Origin: Paecilomyces variotii
Lineage: Eukaryota
DNA length: 18,484 nucleotides
Assembly: GCA_004022145.1 (NCBI GenBank)
Contig: RCNU01000046.1
Direction: 5' to 3' (one strand)
How positions within the stretch are numbered: position 1 is the stretch's first letter; each line of letters starts with the position of its first letter. Shown here in pieces: positions 1 to 11,220 of this stretch. The notes under the pieces are model-generated. The model did not search any database. It saw only the letters and a program-made list of their open reading frames with translations, and was not told the DNA's origin. The translations under genes were made by a program, and so were the position numbers.

Positions 1-1335
1 AAGATAATTAAAAATAAAGAAAAGAATTTCTTAAATAAATATTTAATAGTCTTATTATTTAGAATAAAAAAATAATAAATTTAATTACTAAACTCTATAA
101 AAAGATTTAATCTTTAAAAAATAAAAGATTAAAAAATAAAAAGTATAGAATATATAAAGCAGAAGAAATCTTAAATTTTAAAAAAAACTAATCTTAATTA
201 AAATCCTTAACTTTAGTTATTTTTAATAACTAAGTCTTATATAAAATTACTTATTTTTTAAAAGATATTACTAGTAAGAATCTATCTTAATAATATATAA
301 ATAATAATACTAGTTTATATATAATTAATAAAAACTATTACTTTAAAAGATTACTAATTTAAATTTAATAAAGATATATTTATATAAGCAGAGAAATCCT
401 ATATTTAAAATATATAAGAATAGCTATTTTAAAAGATAAAAATAAGAAAGTATTAAATTTAAAAAATATATTACTTATACTAAACCTTAGAATAAATCTC
501 TTATTAACTAAGATATTTTATTAATAATTAAATATATATAAATACTTTAATAAAAGAATAATATCTATATTAAATAAGTTAGATAAAATTATAATTTAAG
601 GTATTATTAAATATAGAGTTTATATTATTAAAAGAGTTTTTTTAGACTAAATGCTTAAGTTATAATATATACTTATTATACTATTACTTATTAAAAATAC
701 CTTTAATATTATAATTATAAACTAAGAGAAAGAATTTTTTTAAAATAAAATTATTCTTTTATTTCCTTAAAATAAAATTAAAGAAAAGAAAAAATATTAA
801 TTATAATATAGGAGAATTAGCTATTTTAAACTTAAAAAAGTTAAAAACTTATATAACTTAATTATATTAAAGAAACCTATAAATAATAATAAACTATTAA
901 TATATAATATATACTATAGCTAATATTAAGAATAAAAAGAGTATTATTAATATAAGAAAGGCTAATATTCTTAAACTTATTTATATAAATATATATAGTT
1001 AAATATTAAAATCTAAGAATAAATATATTTATTTCTTAATAGTTATAAATAACTTTTTAAGAAAAATATAAATATTTTTAATAAAAGCTAAATCTAATAC
1101 TACCTTTATTTTAAATAAATAAAAAAAAGAGATTAAGATAATAATAAGTCTTTAAATTTTTAATATATAATTAAATAATATATTAAAACTTAAAAATCTT
1201 TTTAAGACTTAAAGAAAATAATTTAGTATTTATTATAAACTAATAGTTCTATATATATTAATATAAAATAAAGCTATAAAATAAATATATTAAATTATTA
1301 AGAAAGAAATAAGAGCTATACTATTATAGTATAAA
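1..1335 (+). mobile_element. Ty1/copia retrotransposon relic (end of gag, aspartic protease, GAG-pre-integrase, integrase core), truncated on the right
   Basis: In one frame after de-RIP: 291 'taa tat ata aat aat aat act agt tta tat ata' = W-Y-I-D-S-G-x-S-S-H-M; 465 'aat ata tta ctt ata cta aac ctt aga ata aat ctc tta tta' = NVLLVPxLxxNLLS; 801 'tta taa tat agg aga att agc tat' = LWHRRxGH; 903 'tat aat ata tac' = CxxC. After a frameshift: 970 LELIHxDxCG...YFLxxxDDFSRKxW, and ~1225-1285 GIxxEPTVPYTxxQNGAxER. PR followed directly by IN is the copia order. Confidence 0.9.
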
Positions 1336-1344
1336 GAATAAAGA

Positions 1345-4125
1345 AGTTATTCTTCTATTAGCTATATAAGGAAGTAACTATATAGCTAATTATTACTTAA
1401 GGCTTCTATATCTCGCACCTTTATACTTTACTAAGGTAGTAGGTAAGCGACGCTGAGGTAGTATTATATACTTATATCTATGTTAATATACTCTCTTTAA
1501 GAAAAATATTATTATCCTCAATAATAGAGTATAGAAATATATATATAGATATAGTATAAGATATAGTTAAATATTTCTATAATTTATCTCCTCTTGCGCC
1601 TAGTTTACAAGAACTAATATTATTTATAGAATTACCTATACTTCTATAATTTAGCTAATAGTCTAAGATACTAATTATACTTCTAGATAAATTCTTAAGT
1701 ATTAGCTAAATTCTTAAGATAATACTATATATTATAATAAGTATTATATCTCTTTTAATAAACTAAATATTTAATAATAATCTTATCTTAAACTTACTAG
1801 ATATAATAATTAAATAATATCTTAATCTTATAATAACTAATATTAATATTATCTATATTAATATATAGCGGCAGAATATTATTAAAGGGTATAAGATATT
1901 TAAGAGATTATTTATATAATATAGCTTTAAATAAGTAATAAAGAAAATATTATAATATTTTTAATAAGCTAGGATATTTAGCTAGTATATAAGATATTTA
2001 ATTCTGCGCTTAACTATAAGTAGTCCTATATATTATACTAATAATTTCCTGCTAAAAATAGTTATATTAAAGATATTATATTTATAATATAACTTTAGCA
2101 AAATCTTATTACTAGGAGTAAAATAGATTAGCTAGTAATTCTTATTATATATATATTTAATATCTATAATAATTAAGTAAAGTACTTCGCATATATTAAG
2201 TTATAAGGTAAAGTCTTAAATTTCCCTATTATAAAGGTTTATAATATTACTTAATTTAATACTATATATTAAGTTATATAAGAATCTTATTATAATAAAT
2301 AATAGGCTAAAATTTAATATTAGTTATATTAATAGTAGAATCTTAGGCTAAGCTATAATATCTTCTAAAGCAATTAAATAGTATTATAGGATAATTTTAA
2401 TTATCTAATTAATTTACTCTAACTATTTATTAGTTTATAGGTAATATACTATTAAATAGAGTAACTTAATATTAAGATATTTAAATAGGCCTTTCTATAG
2501 ATTTAATAGAAACTTTAAATCGCGATTTAATAGAATTATTAATAAAATACCTTAATTACTAATCTAGAGTTATTTAAGTAATATTAACGCCTAGTCTTTA
2601 ACTGTCTATATATCTTATTCTAATATAAATATAACTTACTTTATAAATTTATAAGTAATAGTTAAGATTTAGTTATATAGCCTTATATCTAGTAATCCTA
2701 TAATAAAGTCTATAGTAATTATATAAAAAAGAATATTTAATATAAGAATAGGCTAATAGCTGCTATAAAGTATATAATAATATATTTAGTTTATCTAGTA
2801 TAAATAGCAATATTTAATATATATTTTAATTTACTTTATAAGTCTATAAATTATAAAGTTATAAATATTAATAATTATCTAGTAATACCTAGAGTATTTT
2901 ATATTATTATAAGCTATTTTAAGAATATCTTTAAAGACTAATTATAATATATAGAAATATTATATATTATTAATATTAATTATATAAAGGAGTTTATTAT
3001 AAATTATAAAAGGAAGATATATAAAGTTTATATTATCTTATAATATAGTAAAAACCTTAAATTAATAAAGATTAGTTTTATAGCTATTCTCTAATTAAAT
3101 TTTAAACTTCTCTAATAACTTAATAAGAATTATAGTATATTATAGCTTATTCTTAATATTATTAGTATATATAGTCTTAAGAAATATAATAGCTAAATAA
3201 TATTTAATATCTTCTAATATAAGAATATTTAGCTTAATAAAGAGTAATTTAAGATATAATAGCGCGTCTGCAATAATATTATTATATCTTAGCTTATATA
3301 TAAGTATAAGATTAAATCTCTATATATATTATAATATTAAGATAAGGCGTAAATTAGTTTAATTTATAAATATTAATTAGAGAAATATTTATTTAGTAAT
3401 TATAATTATAATATTATAGTTTATAAAAATAATTAATAGCTTTTAATAGGTTTTAATAATATAATATATCTTATATAGTACTTATACTAAATATACTACC
3501 TCTATTTCTATTAGCTAATATCTCTTTTTAGCTATATTAAGCTGCCTTAAGAAGAATATAATTAGCTAAATTTTTAATTAATTAAATATAGCTTTAGGAA
3601 GTTTATAAACTATAGAGAGATAATAATTATTTAGTTAAACCTTAGTATTATTATAAAGGTAGTATAATATAATATTAAAGCTAGAGATACTAATATTAAT
3701 ATTAAAATAAAGCTAGCGCTTTAAGTTATAGTAAATAAAAAAGAATAGATTATTAAAGTACTTTTAAATAATATTATAAGTATTTATCTTAGCTTATAAA
3801 AATATAGCTAAAATTGCGTTCTTTATAAAACTCTATTATACTTTACCTTTTATAAGAGCTCTATTAAAGTACTATTTTCTGATTTTAAAGCAGCTATATA
3901 ATCTTAGTATATTAAGAGATATACTGCCTAAACTATTTTATTAAGCTAAAATATAACTCTAAGACTTAAGCTATATAAAGAAATAAAATATTAATTATAG
4001 CCTTTATTTTCTTATTAATAGTACTTATTCTTAATAAATTAATATAGTAACTTAATAGCTATATAAAGAGAAATCCTATAAAAGACTTCTTAAGATTAAG
4101 CTTAATATTTAGTTCCTAACTAGCT
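1345..4125 (-). mobile_element. Ty3/Gypsy pol relic (RT C-terminus, RNase H, integrase, probable chromodomain); no LTR visible
   Basis: Minus strand after de-RIP: ~4109-3860 NIKLNPKKSFxGFPSxQLLGH...LExYFGLTGWFRQYI; ~3720-3660 RQLYFDVDASxSGFGxMLYH; ~3570-3470 IQPIxFFSRQLxxAEKRYWPTExEVAxLVW; ~2560-2380 DWGIPxxILSDRDPKFLSDLW...STAYHPQTDGQSERTNQTxEIALR. RT-RH-IN is the Gypsy order. Confidence 0.92.
1390..1445 (-). other. Possible chromodomain relic at the Gypsy integrase C-terminus
   Basis: Minus strand 'tac tac c tta gta aag tat aaa ggt' reads Y-Y-L-V-K-Y-K-G with a 1-nt shift. This resembles the YLVKWKG chromodomain motif and lies at the expected position downstream of IN. Confidence 0.45.
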
Positions 4126-4658
4126 GTAAAAGTGCTCTACTTTTTCTCTACTTTTTTTAATCTCTCTAATTAGTCTATTTTAAGTAAACCGCATATAACC
4201 CCTGATTTAATTGGTTTATCTCGAGTAAACTATACGTAATTATTGATTTGTCAGATGTTTTAAACTGCTTAGTATTACCGCCTTCCCGTTCGGGAAATTA
4301 AAACTATTCTTTTTAACCTCCTATACAGGTTCGCGTCTATATTACTTAATCTATACCCTTTACAGTCCTTACCCCCTGCTTTTTATTGCCTATTTAGCTG
4401 TTATAAAAGCTCGCTTTAAAAGCATTTTCTTCTATCTAAATACTAGCTTCTTATTAGTCTATTTAAAATATCGACTATAATAGCTAAATCCCTCCTACTT
4501 ATCCCCCTTCTACCTATCCTGCCTATAGGCTTTAGCTTCTTATACTATCTAGCAATTACTAACCTATTAGGTAGTTCTTTATAATATAATTATTATCTAC
4601 AGTCGTTATTACACTAAAGGAACCTAATAAATTACCTGATTAAGCAATCAACCTGTCT

Positions 4659-4682
4659 GCTAGCGCGCGCCAGCGCGCTAGC
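4659..4682. repeat. Perfect 10-bp GC-rich stem-loop
   Basis: gctagcgcgc (4659-4668), loop gcca, gcgcgctagc (4673-4682). Confidence 0.9.
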
Positions 4683-4685
4683 GCC

Positions 4686-4718
4686 AGCAGCCAGCTTAGT
4701 CAGAGCAGCCAGCTTAGT
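4686..4718 (+). repeat. 15-bp direct repeat x2 (18-bp period)
   Basis: agcagccagcttagt at 4686-4700 and 4704-4718. Confidence 0.9.
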
Positions 4719-6149
4719 TACTACGCTTAATAATTATTTGCTACGGCCCCTCCTAGCCGTAGCGCACCTAGTAAGTAATATAATTATAGTAGAGCTATAT
4801 CTATAATAAATTCTTTTAACTAAGAGATATTACTACTAAGTATATTAAAGATAATAATAGTATTATCTCGCTATATAAGTAATATAGTTAAAGTAAGCTT
4901 ATATCTATAATAATAAAAGTATTTATAAAAGTTAAATATTTTAAAATAAATTTAGCTTATAGGATAATACTTAAAAATTTAAATATTTTTTTAATCTTAA
5001 GCTAGAATTTTAAAGCTAAATATATATTTAACTTATTCTTATTATATATTTAATATATATTAATCTTATTTTAAGGATTAATATTTATTATTATACTTTT
5101 ATTTTTTTATAAACTTATATATATTTTTAAATATTTAAATTATTATTTTAAGTATTATTATAAGCTATATATTAATATATTTAATGAGTATATATTTTAA
5201 ATAGAGAAAAGATATAGACTATTACTATAGATATATATAAGAAATAAATATTAAATTAATATTATCTTAATAAATATAAAATATATACTAAGTATATTTA
5301 GGCTTTAATAATTATTTATATTTTATTTATTCTTCTCTTAACTAGTAAGAATATCTTAAATATATATTTATCTTTTATTAAATATATATTAGATATAATT
5401 TCTATAAGAAGTTTAAAAGATTTTATTTTTTTATCTATTAATTAAAATATCTATAAGATTTAAATTTATACTAAAAAATCTTTTAAACTATATATTAATA
5501 GAATTAAAAATGTTTAAATACTAAAAGATAACTTTAAAATAAAATTAAACTATAAATTCTTACTATATTATTATAAGAAATATTAAAAATTCTTTTTAAA
5601 TAATAGAGTTATACTTAAAAATATATTAAATTATTTAAAAATAATTACTTTTAAGATAATTATAATATAAAAAGAAATTTATCTTTATTAAGAGCTATTA
5701 AATAATAAGTCTATATTTAATATATACTTAATTTATATATAGTATATATTAAATATTAATAAGGCTAATTTATATTTAGTTTATAATAATATATAAAAGA
5801 TATTATTAAATAATAAAAGCTTTTTAACTATAATATTAATAATATATAATAAAACTATAATAATATTATATAAATCTCTTAATAAATATAGAGAAATAAT
5901 AAGATTAAAGCTTAATATATTTTTAAATATATATTAAATATATCTTTTAAATTAATAAAATTAAAAGAGCTATTAACTATTAAATAAATTAATCTTATTT
6001 ATTATTTAATTCTAATAATTCTTATAATATACTTTTAAATAATAATATTAATTAATTTTTTAATAAAGATATTAGGTTTAAGATTATTTTAATATTTTTA
6101 TCTAGATTTACTATTAAATATATATTAATTAAAAATAAAAAATCTATTT

Positions 6150-6609
6150 AATATATATTAAGTAAAGATTAAAAAAGAGATTAATTTAAAAATTCTAGCT
6201 ATTATTAAAGCTAAATTAAATTTAAGACTAAATAAATTAAGCTAAGCTTTAAAGAATTAGACTTAGATTACTATTCTTAATATAAATTAAATATAGAGTA
6301 TATATTAAATAGAGATTAAAAAAGAAGTTAATTTAAAGATTTTAACTATTATTAAAGCTAAATTAAATCTAAGATTAAATAAATTAAGCTAAGCTTTAAA
6401 GAATTAAACTTAAATTATTATTCTTAATATAAATTAAGTATAAAATATATATTAAATAGAGATTAAAAAAAAGTTAATCTAGAGATTTTAATTATTATTA
6501 GAATTAGGTTAAATTTAAAATTAAGCTAAGCCTTAAAGAATTAAACTTAAATTACTATTTTTAATATAGATTAATTATAAAGTATATATTAAATAAAGAT
6601 TAAAAAAAA
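6150..6609 (+). repeat. 147-bp tandem repeat array, outer copy, left part (~3 units of 147, 146 and 132 bp)
   Basis: The anchor ctattattaaagc recurs at 6199, 6346 and 6492. The third unit lacks a 15-bp segment. The array is interrupted at 6610 and resumes at 13303. Confidence 0.92.
6601..6609 (+). repeat. 9-bp target-site duplication, left copy (right copy 13303-13311)
   Basis: taaaaaaaa vs taaaaaaag (one G/A transition). Removing 6610-13311 restores a normal host repeat unit '...aaagat taaaaaaaa gttaatttaaa...'. Confidence 0.8.
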
Positions 6610-6676
6610 GGCGGGATATAGCTCGGCCCAGCCGGGGCTAAGCTTAGCCCACCTGAAAAGCTTAGCCTACCCAAGA
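6610..6676 (+). repeat. Left terminal inverted repeat
   Basis: ggc(ggg)atatagctcggcccagccggggctaagcttagcccacctgaaaagcttagcctacccaaga matches the reverse complement of 13239-13302 at 55/64 positions, plus a 3-nt gap. Confidence 0.92.
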
Positions 6677-6999
6677 AAAATCTAGGTTCAGCTTAGACAC
6701 TAAGTTAGTTTTAGTATAGTATTTGGGTAGGCTTAGCATATGCATAGCTTATATAACTTATAATAAAGTTATTATATTATATTGCAGTAAACTATATTTA
6801 TTAAGAACTATATATAGCATATACTCTGTGTTATATTATAGTATATACTAAGTGTAGGTTAGAGTAATGCTAGGATATATATAGGGAGCTAGAACTAATA
6901 TTATTTTATACAGTTTATTAAGGCAGTGTATATAAAGGCGGTTATTAAGCATATACTAAAGTAATATTAGAATCTTGTTGTATAGAAGTTTGTATTATT

Positions 7000-8760
7000 T
7001 ATATTATCTTTAACCTTCTTAATAATGTCTTTGCCCTGCCTTTATAATATTATAGTTTACCCTCTTATATTACTGCTATATAACTATAAAAATGCTGCTA
7101 TATTTAAAAGAACTCCTTACCTATAATATAGTTTTGTCAGCAGGTAATTTAATAAACTATAGGTATTACTATAGTAAGTATATCTCTGTTTAATATTAAG
7201 CATATACTAAATAAAAACAGGCCTAGTTTTTAACCCAAATCTAATATAAATCCCAGATTTATATACTGCAGCTAAATAAGAAAATAAGAAATCTAATAAG
7301 CAGATGTTATATATATATTAGAAGCGCGCTAAATATAGATAGTGTCTATAATTACTGCTAAAAAAAATGCCCGCATATTAATCTTTAGATTTTCTATCTT
7401 AAGTATAAATAGGAATATATAAGTCCTTTTTTTAAAATTAACTAAGTATATGCTGAGCTTTTATAATTGCTAGGTATAGATAAATATAGATAGCCTATTT
7501 ATATACAGTAAGGTTATTAATTTATAGCCTGCTATAAGTCTAATATAAGTTTTATATATATATAATATATTAATAATTAAAGTTATAATACTATATAAGG
7601 ACTGTATATCTGGGGGTGAGTATATTATTATCCTTAGCATATATTAGATATATATTAATCTACTATAGCATTAAACTATAATATAGAGATTAATAATATA
7701 ATTATAGATAAGAAGATAATTAGGCTATAATAAGTTTAGAATCTGTTCTATATATATTAGAGCTATATTAATAATATATAATATGCTAATTAAATATATT
7801 TTGTTCAGCAAGTAGTAAGACGCCGATTTTATTTATAAACTATAGTAAGTCTTAGATATATATAGAGCTTATATTAAGCTAATATTTCTTCTAGTGCAGG
7901 AAGTATATTAATTAAGAATATTGCTATATTTTATAAAGAAGTGGCTTATATTAATAATAAGTTCAGAAATAGCTATAGGAGCTAGTTTTATTAGAGAATA
8001 AGTTTAATATATACTAATATATAAATAAGATCTATATGCTATCTTCTTTGCTATTTATATTGCCATTTATATTGCTATTTATATATAATTTATAACTCTC
8101 AGCAGGCTTTTTAAATATATTTAATATATGCCTAATATTAACTTTAACTAATCTCGGCCTTTATTCTAGTATCTTATACCTTTATTAACCCTATCTTATA
8201 AGCGCGTAGTAAATATACCCTTGCCTATATTATATATATACTAATCTTATATAGACTAGAAATATCTTACTATTATAAGATAATAATAATAAAAATAATA
8301 ATAAGTAGCCTTCTAATTTATTCTGTATATATACTAAATTAGGTTATAATATAGGTCTTGCCTTAACTTTATTAAAGCGTAGATAGTCTATATTTTATAA
8401 TAAATATGCGAGTAGATATATTGCTGATAAAGAAATACTAATTAAACTAGAATATAGCTATACTTATAGTTATAGCTATAAATATTCTTATAGTATTAAT
8501 AGCTGTAATATTAAATCTATTAATAAATTTTTCCCTTCTATATATAGAGTATATACTAAGTTTATATTTATAAGTTATAATCTCTTCTTCTGAGGATGAG
8601 TTTTTAGAGGCCTTAAATATATAGATATTTAAGCTCAGCTCTCCCTTAAGTATATGCTTAATACCGAACTTTAGTTTAATACTAAGCTCTTATATTTAAA
8701 GATTATTAATACCGAACTTTAGTTTAATGCTAAGTTCTTATGCTTAAAGACTATTTTTTT
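7000..8760 (-). pseudogene. RIP-destroyed putative cargo reading frame of unknown function
   Basis: Reads as protein-like in one minus-strand frame from ~8360 to ~7000 if TAA/TAG stops are treated as RIP products. It is conserved colinearly in the outer copy (~13950-15271) and contains a 48-bp duplication (a multiple of 3). No known motif recognised; ends approximate. Confidence 0.35.
8658..8753. repeat. 48-bp tandem duplication
   Basis: ttaataccgaactttagtttaat... starts at 8658 and again at 8706. Confidence 0.9.
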
Positions 8761-8999
8761 ATATCTTTAAATAATTGCAATATAATATTCTTTATTTTTT
8801 TATTTATTCTTATTATAGGGGAAAAAGAAATATATATATATATTTATTATATAACTATAGCTATATAGATATATATATTTATTATATAAACTGCTGTAAT
8901 AATCCTTCTCTTTCTTACTTAAATTCTTATTACCTTTACTCTATTATTTCTCTTAATTAAATAGCAAAATTAGTTTTTGCTATTTTTTCTAATAAGGGT

Positions 9000-11075
9000 C
9001 CTCTGCTATAGTATATATAAGCTCTATTTTATCTAAAATCTATACTTAACTCCTGAATAATATATGCTAGATATAGAATTAGTATATACTCTAGATTAGA
9101 ACTAGCAGAGCTATTTAAATCTAATAAAGGGGTTTAAACCCTTCTAGATATTAGGATGGTATTAAATTAAATCTAGCTTTAAATATAATTAGAACCTCTA
9201 GATTTATCTCTTTCTTAACTTCTATTTAATATATGCTCTTTATTTAATCTGCATTAAAAAATATAATCTGAGTCTAATTTTTTAGAGCTTAGCTTAGTCT
9301 GCTTAGTCTTAAATTAAACCTAGCTTTAATAATAACTAGAACCTTTAAATTAATCTCTTTCTTAACTTTTATTTAGTATATACTCTATATTTAATCTATA
9401 TTAAGAATAATAATCTAAGTCTAATTTTTTAAAGCTTAACTTAGTTTGCTTAGTCCTAGATTAAACTTGGCTCTGATAATAATTAAAACCTCTAAGTTAA
9501 TCTCTTCCTTAATTTTTATTTAATATATATTCTGCACTTAATCTGCATTAAGAATAATAATCTAAGTCTAATTCTTTAGAGCTTGGCTTAGTTTATTTAG
9601 TCCTAGATTAAATCTAGCTCTAATAATAACTAGAACCTCTAGGTCGATTCTTTTCTTAATCTCTTCCTTAACCTCTATTTAGTATATATTCTATATTTAA
9701 TCTATATTAAGAATAATAATCCGAGTCTGATTCTTTAGAGCTTGGCTTAATCTGCTTAGTCTTAGATTAAACCTGGCTCTAATAATAACCGGAACCTCTA
9801 GGTTAATCTCTTTCTTAATCTTTACTTAGCATATGCTCTGTAGATATTTTATTTCTAGCTAATATATATTTAGTAGAAGGTTTAGATAAAGATATTAAAA
9901 TAACCTTAAAATTAGTATCTTTATTAGAAGATTAATTATTACTATTATTTAAAAGTATATTATAGGGATTATTAAGATTAAATAGTAAATAAGATTGATT
10001 TATTTAATAATTAGCAGCTCTTTAATTCTATTGGTTTAAAAGATATATTCAGTATATATTTAAAGGCATATTAAACTTTTATCTTATTATTTCTCTATAT
10101 CTGTTAGGAGATCTATATAGTATTATTATAGTTTTGCTATATATTATTAATATTATAGCTAAAAAGCTCTTATTATTCAGTAATATCTTCTATATATTAT
10201 TATAGACTAAATATAAATTAGCTTTATTAGTATTTAATCTATATTAAATAGATACTAAGCATATACTGAGTATAGATATACCATTGAATAGCCCCTAGTA
10301 AAGATAGGTTTCTTCCTATATTATAATTATTTTGGAAGTAATTACTTTCAGATAATCTAGTATATTTTTGAGCATAACTCTATTATTTAAAAGGGATTTT
10401 TAATATTTCCTATAATAATACAGCAAGAATCTATAGTTTTATTTTGCTTTAAAGCCATTTTTTAGTATCTAGATATTCCTTATCCTATTAGTATATAGTT
10501 TGAAAGATTTTTTAATAAAAATATAGATCCTATAGATATTTTAGTCAATAGATAAGGGGATGAAATTTTTTAAATTTCTTGCAGAAATTGCGTTTAATAT
10601 ATATTTAATAGAAGATAAGTATATGCTTAAAATATTCTTACTAGTCAAGAGAAGGATAAATAGAATATAAGTAGTTACTAAAGCCTAAATATACTTAGTA
10701 TATACTCTGTATCTATTAAGATAATACTAACTAGGTGCTTATTTCTTGTATATATTTATAGTAATAATCTGTATCCCTTCTCTATTTAAAATATATGCCT
10801 ATTAAATATATTAATATATAGCTTGTAATAATATTTGAAATAATAATTTAAATATTTAAAAATATATATAATAAGTTTATAGAGAGACAAAAGTATAGTA
10901 ATAGGTATTAATCCCTAATATAAAGTTAGTATATGCTAAACGCATAATAAGGAGAAGTTAAATATATGTCTAGCTTTAGAATTCTAGCTTAAGATTAAAA
11001 AGATATTTATATTTTTAAGTACTATCTTATAAGCTAAATCTATTTTAAGATATTTAGCTTTTATAAATACTTTTA
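9000..11075 (-). pseudogene. RIP-destroyed putative gene with a C-terminal 49-aa tandem repeat, unknown function
   Basis: A minus-strand frame runs from ~10560 into the 147-bp array. Unit lengths here are 147 or 159 bp (multiples of 3). Surviving codons give a hydrophilic S/E/D/R/Q/H-rich peptide. Exon structure and start are uncertain. Confidence 0.5.
9160..9840 (-). repeat. 147-bp tandem repeat array, inner copy (4 units plus a partial unit)
   Basis: The anchor ctytaataataac recurs at 9177, 9324, 9471, 9618 and 9777 (periods 147, 147, 147, 159). Confidence 0.93.
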
Positions 11076-11220
11076 CTTAAGTATTTATATAATAAATAAT
11101 AATATATTCTTTAGTTTTATTAATATTAACTGCGCGAATTTATTATTTATTACTTTCTCTGTGTTAATTAAACTTATACTCTTATATAACCCCTATATAA
11201 TATTAATATATATAAAATAT

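Larger units (their letters stand above)
4161..4771 (+). mobile_element. Candidate non-autonomous Helitron (or Helitron 3' fragment)
   Basis: 3' end: GC hairpin gctacggc (4740-4747) / gccgtagc (4756-4763), then CTAG (4768-4771) followed by T. Candidate 5' end A|TC at 4160/4161. No TSD and no ORF. GC content falls sharply right after the CTAG. The hairpin-to-CTAG spacer (4 nt) is shorter than typical and the 5' end is uncertain. Confidence 0.45.
4914..6609 (+). mobile_element. Older, more heavily RIPed copy of the 6.7-kb TIR-element family, left segment (opposite orientation to 6610-13302)
   Basis: Colinear with the reverse complement of 11075 down into the 147-bp array (~9160-9840). Example: 4914 'taaaagtatttataaaagttaaatatt' vs the reverse complement of 11049-11075 'taaaagtatttataaaagctaaatatc'. 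Confidence 0.88.

Noticed and set aside
1345-4125. Helitron Rep/helicase gene upstream of the CTAG terminus
   Set aside because: No PIF1 or HUH motifs were found on the plus strand, and the region is explained by minus-strand Gypsy pol motifs.
4633-4656. Resemblance of tacctgat...tcaacctg to the reverse strand of the ITS2/28S rDNA junction
   Set aside because: Only two short words match, and the flanking conserved 28S sequence is absent.
4772-4913. Leftward extension of the outer TIR-element copy (homologue of 11076-11220)
   Set aside because: Similarity is too weak to support by eye; left unassigned.
6150-6609. CRISPR-like array interpretation of the regular repeats
   Set aside because: Units are contiguous 132-159-bp tandem copies with no unique spacers, and the context is eukaryotic transposon DNA.
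8775-8960. Supplied 61-aa ORF
   Set aside because: Starts at TTG, has a Y/I/N-rich composition typical of RIPed AT-rich DNA, and lies inside a repeated element.
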